Below, in pieces: positions 1-5,903 of a stretch of 41,208 nt of DNA. The stretch lies in assembly GCA_946626395.1 (NCBI GenBank), contig CAMOUF010000159.1, positions 1 through 41,208 of the forward strand, written 5' to 3'. The position numbers and the translations under genes are program-made. The notes beneath the pieces were generated by a model. The model was given only the letters and a program-made list of their open reading frames with translations. It ran no database searches and had not been told where the DNA came from. The stretch comes from an uncultured Clostridia bacterium. GTDB taxonomy: Bacteria; Bacillota; Clostridia; Christensenellales; Aristaeellaceae. Within the stretch, counting starts at the first letter, position 1, and each line of letters begins with the position of its first letter.

Positions 1-7
1 ACTTGTA

Positions 8-25
8 TTTTTTTTTTTTTTTTTT
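8..25. repeat. 18-nt poly(T) homopolymer at the window edge
   Basis: Positions 8-25 are all T (acttgta-T18-catcg). No ORF context is visible because the window starts here. Confidence 0.9.
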
Positions 26-54
26 CATCGTAGTTTTTGTTTTTGCTGGGGCGA

Positions 55-123
55 CGGCTAGGAGTACTATGTCTATTAACAGCAACTACTGCTCCCCCCC
101 AGAAATAGTTACTTAAAGTGCTC
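55..123 (-). repeat. Degenerate E2-like element (minus orientation) overlapping the 3' end of the XRE gene
   Basis: The minus strand reads GAGCACTTTAAGTAAC...GGGGGAGCAGTAGTTGCTG-TTAATAGACATAG-TACTCCTAGCC. The CACTTTAAGT(A/T)AC terminus and TTAATAGA core start match the 3051 copy. The arms are badly decayed. Confidence 0.3.
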
Positions 124-414
124 TTCAAATAAACGCAGCTGCATCCTGAAAAGCCCCAAAAAATGAGAGACCCCCTGGTCCTCATAGACCAGGAGGTCTT
201 CCATGGACACCCCCAGGAGCCGGGCCAGGGCCAGGAGGTTGTCCACCGTGGGCAGGCACTCCCCGTGCTGCCACTTGTAAATGGCCTGCGGGTACTCAAA
301 CCCGAAATAGGCTTGCAGATCCCGCACGGTCAGGCCCGCCTGGCGGCGGTGCAGCTCAATGCTGCGGCCCGTTTTCGCCAGGTCGATGACCGGAAAAGCG
401 GTTTGCGTAAACAT
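109..414 (-). CDS. XRE-family helix-turn-helix transcriptional regulator
   Basis: ORF 109..549(-). I prefer the internal ATG at 414 because GGAGAAGGAAGG lies just upstream and the 45 codons before it are hydrophobic junk. LHRRQAGLTVRDLQAYFGFEYPQAIYKWQHGECLPTVDNLLALARLLGVSMEDLL looks like a Cro/C1-type HTH. The last codons (EEHFK-stop) are encoded by the repeat terminus motif GAGCACTTTAAGTAA. Confidence 0.8.
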   Translation of the reverse strand: MFTQTAFPVIDLAKTGRSIELHRRQAGLTVRDLQAYFGFEYPQAIYKWQHGECLPTVDNLLALARLLGVSMEDLLVYEDQGVSHFLGLFRMQLRLFEEHFK

Positions 415-520
415 CCTTCCTTCTCCTTTCCTGACGTTCAAAACAAAAAGCGAACAGAAAAGCAAGGGTACAGTCGGTTCTGTATGGTAAAAACGGATGA
501 AACGCGGTGAAACGAGATTT

Positions 521-549
521 ATTATAACCAGCGCTGAACAAATTGTCAA
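521..549 (-). promoter_or_regulatory. Consensus sigma-A-type promoter for the XRE gene
   Basis: The minus strand reads TTGACA (549-544), a 17-nt spacer, then TATAAT (526-521). This leaves a leader of about 105 nt before the ATG at 414. An imperfect palindrome AGTTT-N5-AAACT at 581-595, upstream of the -35, is a possible operator. Confidence 0.6.
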
Positions 550-620
550 TATCTTTCAACCGGTTTTTCATTAAACTTGTAGTTTAATTGAAACTATTCC
601 CATGATCAAGAAGGCTTGAA

Positions 621-790
621 GCGAATAGATAAAAGGCAATAGACGAAAGCGTACAGCGTGCAGAGAACAGAGCACACACAAGGAAAGCAGCCAGACTCAG
701 AATAACAAAAAAATCTGAACTCTGTACTCTTCCCTCTGAACTCTCTATCTCTCCAATTGCCTATTGCCTTTTGCCTTCTGCCTATTGCCT
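621..790 (+). repeat. E1-type nested inverted-repeat element, copy a
   Basis: The left arm has AGGCAATAG then GTACAGC GTGCAGA GAACAGA. The core is related to the 26581-26636 core (GCAGAGAACAGAGCACACACAAGGAAAGCAGCCAGACTCAGAATAAC...ATCT). The right arm has TCTGAAC TCTGTAC ...CTCTGAAC then ATTGCCT ATTGCCT TTTGCCT TCTGCCT ATTGCCT. Complementarity is imperfect. Confidence 0.75.
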
Positions 791-829
791 GGTGACTGAA
801 AACGCTCTGCAAATGATTGTTTACGATGC

Positions 830-1894
830 TTACGCCGCCACCGAGCCCAGCAGCGGCAAATCGAAGGTGAAGAGCACCTCGTTGATTTCCATGATGTCGA
901 AGCGGCCATGGAGAATAAAATATTCAACCACGATATCCAATTTGCTGGAATGGGTCATGGAAAAGCCCGCCTTTTCCAGCATTTCTTTTGCCTCGCGGAT
1001 GGGCAGCTCCAGGGCCACGATGAAGGCGAACACGGTGGTTTTGCTGGGCTTGTAGCCGGGCTGGGTTTTGATTTTGTGAAACAGCTTCCTGTCCACGTTG
1101 GCCCGCTTATAGCAGTCCGCGTCGGTGATGCCCTTTTCGTCGATCTTGCGCAGCAACATGCCGGAAAAGCCTTCGTCGGTCTGGCGAAGCAGTTCTTCCC
1201 AATCCGGCTTGGCGGACATAAGCGGGGCAGCCGGCGGCTTCGGAGCAAATTCTATTTCCTCCTCGTCCATGATGGAGGCGTCATAGTACGCCGCTTCCTT
1301 CGGGGCGGTATGCCACAGCCCCCTCCGCGTATTCTCCAGGCGGCGGTTGGAATTTTCATCAACGTAATTTTCGTCAATAAAGGAGTGCACGTCCCGGAAC
1401 AATTCCAGGCTGACCCGGAACGCGCTGGGGCCGAACACCACCAGATACACGATCATATCGTCATCGTCTTCATTTTCCAGGAATTGCCTGACTGTGTCCA
1501 TGGCGATAGGAAAAGCCAGCTCCTTGGGAAAGCCGTATGCCCCGGTGGAGATCATAGGCATGGCGACGCTTTCGCAGCCCAGCTCCTTGGCAAGCCGAAG
1601 CGAATTGCGGTAGCAGGCGGCCAGCAGCTCCTTTTCCCCTTCCAGGCCTCCCTGCCAAATGGGCCCCACTGTATGGATCACATATTTGGCGGGCAGCCGG
1701 TAGCCTTTCGTGGCCTTGGCTTCGCCGGTGGCGCAGCCGCCCAGGGTGATGCATTCCTCCAGCAATTGGGGCCCGGCGGCCCGATGAATGGCTCCGTCCA
1801 CCCCGCCGCCCCCCAGCAGAGATTCATTAGCGGCGTTCACGATGGCGTCCACGTGCATTTTGGTAATATCCTGTCGAATGATCTGTACCGGCAT
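830..1894 (-). CDS. Macro-domain protein (MacroD/YmdB-like ADP-ribose-binding/deacetylase) with a C-terminal extension of about 110 aa
   Basis: ORF 830..1921(-). The ATG at 1894 is preceded by AAGAGGGA. The motif [26 protein letters not shown]...[10 protein letters not shown]...[15 protein letters not shown] is the canonical macro-domain signature. The C-terminal region ([46 protein letters not shown]) resembles an HTH-like module. Confidence 0.85.
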   Translation of the reverse strand: MPVQIIRQDITKMHVDAIVNAANESLLGGGGVDGAIHRAAGPQLLEECITLGGCATGEAKATKGYRLPAKYVIHTVGPIWQGGLEGEKELLAACYRNSLRLAKELGCESVAMPMISTGAYGFPKELAFPIAMDTVRQFLENEDDDDMIVYLVVFGPSAFRVSLELFRDVHSFIDENYVDENSNRRLENTRRGLWHTAPKEAAYYDASIMDEEEIEFAPKPPAAPLMSAKPDWEELLRQTDEGFSGMLLRKIDEKGITDADCYKRANVDRKLFHKIKTQPGYKPSKTTVFAFIVALELPIREAKEMLEKAGFSMTHSSKLDIVVEYFILHGRFDIMEINEVLFTFDLPLLGSVAA

Positions 1895-1944
1895 TTGTAT
1901 CCCTCTTTCCCGCGCCAGCATGATGATTTATCTTCTATATATTA

Positions 1945-2289
1945 TTACTGCGCGGCGCTTTGATTTCCTGCATTCTCCCCCGACCATTTTTTCCGAAGCC
2001 AGCGGAAAACTCCAAGCACAAGCGCCCGCAGGCCCAGGCTGTAAATGGCCCCGCCGCAGACAAGGCCCAGCAGCGCATACACCCTGGCCTGTTTTTCTCC
2101 GCTCACGGCCAGGGCCAGGGCGCAGGCCGCCGTCACCGTTAAGCACCACAGGACGTCCAGGAAGGGCGTCAGGACGGGCCAGCGCCGCCGGGGCAGGGAA
2201 AGCAGATCATACAGCAGTCCCGCCCCAAATCCGGTATACAGCAGCAGCAAAAAAGCCCGGGCCTGGAGCGCGGTTTCAAAGAAAATCAA
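1945..2289 (-). CDS. yabQ: Spore cortex biosynthesis protein YabQ-like small membrane protein
   Basis: 114-aa protein with three hydrophobic helices, directly downstream of yabP. Its TTG start overlaps the yabP stop (GTTGA). The YabP-YabQ pairing is conserved in endospore formers. Confidence 0.65.
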   Translation of the reverse strand: MIFFETALQARAFLLLLYTGFGAGLLYDLLSLPRRRWPVLTPFLDVLWCLTVTAACALALAVSGEKQARVYALLGLVCGGAIYSLGLRALVLGVFRWLRKKWSGENAGNQSAAQ

Positions 2290-2576
2290 CTGTCAGCCCG
2301 GCGAAACAGGCTCCGCCGCCGGGGCCGCTGGGCATACAGGATGCCGTCAATTTTCCCTTCCACCGCCAATTGTCCATCCTCCACCATCAGCTTGGTCACA
2401 TGGAGCCCTTCCCCGGTGATGGTCACTTCCCCGCTTTCAGTCAGCAGCGTGACCTGGTTTTCATCAAAGCCCATCACCTCGCTGACCCCCGTCAGCGCCG
2501 CCCGGCGCCGGTTGTCCAGGGTGAGCATATGATTCTTCACCACGGCGGACACCCGCTGGGCATTCTCCTTTTCCAT
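2286..2576 (-). CDS. yabP: Sporulation protein YabP
   Basis: 96 aa. LTLDNRRRAALTGVSEVMGFDENQVTLLTESGEVTITGEGLHVTKLMVEDGQLAVEGKIDGILY matches the YabP family pattern as I remember it, and it is followed by yabQ. Confidence 0.8.
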   Translation of the reverse strand: MEKENAQRVSAVVKNHMLTLDNRRRAALTGVSEVMGFDENQVTLLTESGEVTITGEGLHVTKLMVEDGQLAVEGKIDGILYAQRPRRRSLFRRADS

Positions 2577-2674
2577 GGCTCTCCCCCCTTTCGGGATATC
2601 CTATGCGCACCCAAACCGACGTATGCCAAAAGCCGCCGTTTCCCTATTCCGGAAAACGGCGGCGCTGCCTTTGT

Positions 2675-2935
2675 TTATTGAACGGCCCTGCGGCGAATCA
2701 TGTTATAAATCCACAGCAGGATGCAGGCCCCGCCCACAGCCACCAGCAGGCTGTACAGGTTGAACCCGTCCACGCCGCCCCAGCCCAGCAGCGAAGCGGC
2801 AAAGCCGCCCACGGCGGAACCCAGAATGCCCACCAGGATATTTCCGGCCCAGCCCTGGCGCTCACCCATGATCAGCCCGGCCAGCCAGCCCGCCAGCGCG
2901 CCCAGCACCAGCCACAGCAAAATGCTCATGTTCAA
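2675..2935 (-). CDS. GlsB/YeaQ/YmgE-family stress-response membrane protein
   Basis: 86 aa. LLWLVLGALAGWLAGLIMG....GNILVGILGSAVGGFAASLLG is typical of the transglycosylase-associated (GlsB/YeaQ) family. Confidence 0.8.
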   Translation of the reverse strand: MNMSILLWLVLGALAGWLAGLIMGERQGWAGNILVGILGSAVGGFAASLLGWGGVDGFNLYSLLVAVGGACILLWIYNMIRRRAVQ

Positions 2936-3050
2936 TCCCTCCTTACACGATTTGATTTGATGATGCAGCTCATCCGTTTTATCATATGCGAAAGACCGGA
3001 AAACGAAACTGGGGAAAATTTGAAATAACGGATTTGTTCAGACGCTTAAA

Positions 3051-3179
3051 GAAACACTTTAAGTTACCAAGTTAGGAGTGAGGAGTGAGGAGTGAGGAGT
3101 TAATAGATTGCGCTTCGCTTTGAACAATTTTCAACTCCTCACTCCTAACTCCTCACTCCTAACTGATATAAAGTGTTCG
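3051..3179 (+). repeat. E2-type nested inverted-repeat element, copy a (cleanest copy)
   Basis: AACACTTTA (3053-3061), then 4x AGGAGT[GT] (3074-3101), then the 31-nt core AATAGATTGCGCTTCGCTTTGAACAATTTTC, then 4x [AC]ACTCCT (3133-3160), then AACTGAT and TAAAGTGTT (3169-3177). Arms are complementary at 27/28 positions. The terminal inverted repeat is 9 bp. Confidence 0.9.
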
Positions 3180-3317
3180 TTAACCTATTACAAAATAGCG
3201 ATCTCCATTCAATTGTCACAATATCGTCACCGTTCAGGGCTGTACTTTTGGTCGGTATTGCGGTATGATAAGCATAGGGAATTCGTTCCCAGAACACATC
3301 AAAGCGAGGAATCCATT

Positions 3318-3782
3318 TTGTATACAGAACAGGATTTTCAGGATATTGGCGCGCAGGTGAAGCGGCGGACGCTGCTCATCGCCATTCCGGCGGCGCTGCT
3401 GCTGGCGGGGATCATTGTTTCCTTCATTCTTCGGATTCGGTGGCTCACCACGGGCCTGAGCCTGGTGCTGGGCGCCGGCTTCATTTTCTGCTATGGGCTG
3501 CTGCTGGCCCCTGTGCTGGCGTACCGGCGGCACCTGGACGAGGTGCTCCACGGCCGGGTGCGCACCACCACCGGCGCGTTCAAGGAAATGGAAGAAACAG
3601 CGGTCATGCGGGAGGGCGTGAAATACTATCCCATGATGCTCAGCGTGGGCGACATGGATAATCCCGAAGACGACCGTTTGTTTTACTACGACGCCAACCT
3701 GCCCCGGCCTGATTGGCAAATCGGCGATATGCTCACCGTGACCGCTCATGATAAGGCGCTGGGCGCCTGGGTGAAAGCATAA
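3318..3782 (+). CDS. Hypothetical two-helix membrane protein
   Basis: ORF 3108..3782(+), but its first 70 codons translate the E2 repeat. An in-frame TTG at 3318 follows GAGGAA by 6 nt. There are two predicted TM helices (LLIAIPAALLLAGIIVSFIL, LSLVLGAGFIFCYGLLLAPVLA). I recognise no family. Confidence 0.45.
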   Translation: MYTEQDFQDIGAQVKRRTLLIAIPAALLLAGIIVSFILRIRWLTTGLSLVLGAGFIFCYGLLLAPVLAYRRHLDEVLHGRVRTTTGAFKEMEETAVMREGVKYYPMMLSVGDMDNPEDDRLFYYDANLPRPDWQIGDMLTVTAHDKALGAWVKA

Positions 3783-3796
3783 AAGAGGAAATAAAA

Positions 3797-4171
3797 ATGA
3801 ATCAAACGCAATGCGTGCTGGCCTGCGTCACCGCGCAGAAAAACTGCGCCCGGCTGATCCGGCAGGCCCAGGCCCTGGCCAAGGAAGCGGATATGCCCCT
3901 GCGGGTGCTGCACGTGAGCCAAAGCGGCGCGCCCCTGGGTTCAGCGGATTCAGCGTCCATTTTAAACGAATTGTTTTCCCTGGCCCATGAATGCAGCGCG
4001 GAAATGACCGTGCTGGCCGAAGCCAACGTGGCCGCCGCCATCGCAAGGTTTGCCCGGGAAAGCGACGCGGCGGTCTTGGTACTGGGCCCGGACCGCAGCG
4101 GCACGGCAGGACGCGTGAAGCGGCTGCTGCCGGAAGACGCGCGGATCGTGGCCCTGGAAACCGACGAGTAA
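3797..4171 (+). CDS. Universal-stress-protein-like (Usp/KdpD-Usp type) small protein
   Basis: 124 aa with RBS AGAGGAA. The pattern VLACVTAQKNCARLIRQAQALA...LRVLHV...VLVLGPDRSG resembles Usp-fold domains. Confidence 0.55.
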   Translation: MNQTQCVLACVTAQKNCARLIRQAQALAKEADMPLRVLHVSQSGAPLGSADSASILNELFSLAHECSAEMTVLAEANVAAAIARFARESDAAVLVLGPDRSGTAGRVKRLLPEDARIVALETDE

Positions 4172-4349
4172 AAAAGCTCAATATAAGAAATTTGTGGGGG
4201 AAACCGCTCTTTGGAGTTAGTTCGCATGGCCTGCGCTTCGCTTACCCACGCTCTTTTTCAACAAGTTATTTGGGTGAAGCCGTGCCAGCCGTCCCTTCGG
4301 GCCGTCTGGCTATAAAAGCAGTTTCCCCACACCCCTGTTCCGAGAAAGC
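4172..4349 (+). repeat. E4-type palindromic element, copy a, split by a 97-nt loop insert (4217-4313)
   Basis: AAAAAGCTCAATATAAGAAATTTGTGGGGGAAACCGCTCTTTGGAG, then the insert, then AAAAGCAGTTTCCCCACACCCCTGTTCCGAGAAAGCA. The flank AAAGCTCAATATAAGAAATTTGTGGGGG matches 29761-29788. Confidence 0.8.
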
Positions 4350-4537
4350 AGTAAAGGATTCAGTAAATACGTTCTTTCTTCTTGCTTCTTGTCGGAGCAA
4401 AGCATCAGGAATAAATTGGAATTTTCCATAAAACTTTTGGTTCAATAAAAAATCTTGTCGGGACATCAATCCATCCTTGGCTCTTTCCTTTGTAAAGCAT
4501 GAAAAAAGGAAGATTGTACGGTTGTCAGTCCATGATT

Positions 4538-4609
4538 GCTTTCTCGGAGGGAGGTGTGGGGGGACCCGCTCTTTGGCATCCAAAGAGCGGTTCCCCCCAC
4601 AAACTTTTA
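4538..4609 (-). repeat. E4-type palindromic element, copy b (inverted relative to copy a)
   Basis: GCTTTCTCGGAGGGAGGTGTGGGGGGACCCGCTCTTTGG-CAT-CCAAAGAGCGGTTCCCCCCACAAACTTTT. The stem pairs at 20 of 21 positions around a 3-nt loop. Confidence 0.9.
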
Positions 4610-4737
4610 AGCCTGCGGCTTACAGATTGTTTTGTAACTCGTATAAACAATTGGAAACAGTTTCCGCGGAAGAAAACGCAAGGCTGTTTCGTTTCATCAA
4701 GGAGCGGGGAAAAACCCGCCGGAAAAAGGAGGAAATC

Positions 4738-5367
4738 ATGAAAAAATTTCTTTGCGTATTGCTGATGCTTGCGCTGCTGGTGCCCGCCGCTCTGGCGGAG
4801 GAAGCGCGGCCCCAGGTGACCTTCGCTGATCTCCAGCATCTGGAATGGACGTTCAGCAGCGGCGTGGGCGCGTGGTACACCACCATGCGCATCCAGGCCG
4901 ACGGCACCTTTACCGGGGACTTCCACGACAGCAACATGGGCGAATCGGAAGAAGCGTATCCCAACGGCACGGTGTACGGCTGCCTGTTCCACGGGCAGAT
5001 GCGCCTGGAGCAGGCCGGGGAAAACGGCCCCTGGACCATGACCGTGGAAAGCCTGGAGCTGGACGAAGGCCAGGTGCCGGAAGCGCTGGAGGACGGCATC
5101 CGGTTCGTCACCGCTGATCCTTACGGCCTGACCCTGGGCCAGCAGATGATCCTGTACGCCCCCGGCACGCCGGTGGAACAGCTGCCGGAAGGCTTCCGCT
5201 TCTGGGCGCACATTGGCGCCTTTGACGAAAACCTGGAAGCCCTGCCCTTCTATGGGCTCTACAGCGAGGAGGACGACGTGGGCTTTATCGGCGAACCGGC
5301 GATGGACGCTGAGAACCCGGACGATACCACCCAGCCTCTCCCCACCGTTCCCGCCGCCAATCCTTAA
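4738..5367 (+). CDS. Secreted hypothetical protein (signal peptide)
   Basis: ORF 4477..5367(+), but its 5' part translates E4 repeats. The ATG at 4738 follows AGGAGGAAATC. The N-terminus MKKFLCVLLMLALLVPAALAEE is a signal peptide. I recognise no family. Confidence 0.7.
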   Translation: MKKFLCVLLMLALLVPAALAEEARPQVTFADLQHLEWTFSSGVGAWYTTMRIQADGTFTGDFHDSNMGESEEAYPNGTVYGCLFHGQMRLEQAGENGPWTMTVESLELDEGQVPEALEDGIRFVTADPYGLTLGQQMILYAPGTPVEQLPEGFRFWAHIGAFDENLEALPFYGLYSEEDDVGFIGEPAMDAENPDDTTQPLPTVPAANP

Positions 5368-5388
5368 AACCCTCCAATGAAAAACACA

Positions 5389-5420
5389 CCGCTCCGGCAC
5401 AACGCCGGAGCGGCTTTTTA
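5389..5420 (+). terminator. Rho-independent terminator downstream of the 4738-5367 gene
   Basis: CCGCTCCGGC-ACAAC-GCCGGAGCGG followed by CTTTTTAT. The stem is a perfect 10 bp. Confidence 0.8.
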
Positions 5421-5610
5421 TGGTTCTTTTCTTTCATAACAGACTTGTTCTCAAAGGTGAAGTTTATAGCGCAGTGAAGGGAACGCTGGGGCTGTTCGCC
5501 CCAGACCCGAACCAGGGGGTTGAACCCCCTGGACCCACAATTGGCGAAATAACGATGTTGCGTTTAACAAACAATCTCCGCCAGATACGTTGGGGCTACG
5601 AAAAGTATGA

Positions 5611-5738
5611 GGGCTTCTGGCCTAAGAAAGCTCGGGAAAATCCGAAGAGAAAGTAAACTTTCCCCTTCGGATTATTCCCTGGCTTTTCCCGGATGCTATG
5701 CATCCGGGTTGGCGGCTTTCAGCCGCCGGGCCAGAAGC
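5611..5738. other. Candidate four-helix structured element (ncRNA or DNA cruciform cluster)
   Basis: P1 is GCTTCTGGCC (5613-5622) paired with GGCCAGAAGC (5729-5738). P2 is GGGAAAATCCGAAG..GAAAG-TAAA-CTTTC..CTTCGGATT(A)TTCCC (5634-5679). P3 is CCCGGATGC-TAT-GCATCCGGG (5688-5708). P4 is GGCGGC-TTTCA-GCCGCC (5711-5727). All pairs are Watson-Crick, so the strand cannot be decided. Confidence 0.35.
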
Positions 5739-5823
5739 ACAGCCACCTAAAGCTTTGTATTTGATTATTATCCGTAACAGCGGGAACCAACATAATATTT
5801 TCCTTCCAAGTTTTTACCGAATA

Positions 5824-5890
5824 GCTTTTCTCGGATGGGGGTCTGGGGGAAACCGCTCTTTGGGCTCCAAAGAGCGGTTTCCCCCAGAGA
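5824..5890 (-). repeat. E4-type palindromic element, copy c
   Basis: GCTTTTCTCGGATGGGGGTCTGGGGGAAACCGCTCTTTGG-GCT-CCAAAGAGCGGTTTCCCCCAGAGA. The stem is a perfect 21 bp. Confidence 0.9.
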
Positions 5891-5903
5891 ATCAATTTCC
5901 AAT

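Noticed and set aside
830-1894. DarT-DarG-type toxin-antitoxin reading of the macro-domain gene
   Set aside because: No DUF4433/DarT-like or other ART ORF is adjacent. The upstream neighbour is yabQ and the downstream neighbour is an XRE regulator separated by an E1 element.
908-1963. 351-aa plus-strand ORF, together with similar long antisense ORFs at 5835-6764, 10355-11356, 12005-13042, 21220-22269, 23703-24461, 25254-26150, 28654-29724, 30008-30793, 33634-34569 and 38669-39802
   Set aside because: Each is opposite a CDS with clear family signatures. All show the Gly/Arg/His/Pro-rich composition of GC-rich antisense frames.
4266-4583. 105-aa minus-strand ORF between the two E4 copies (internal start MSRQDFLLNQKFYGKF... 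has a weak AAGGA RBS); considered as a small toxin/antitoxin-like gene
   Set aside because: Both ends of the ORF translate E4 repeat sequence (WGEPLFG/PPSEKA-type peptides recur wherever E4 occurs). The unique middle part has no recognisable family. It is kept only as context for the candidate cassette.
5420-5656. 78-aa plus-strand ORF in the 5.4-5.9 kb intergenic region
   Set aside because: It has no RBS, and it runs through consecutive perfect hairpins. It is more likely non-coding structured sequence.
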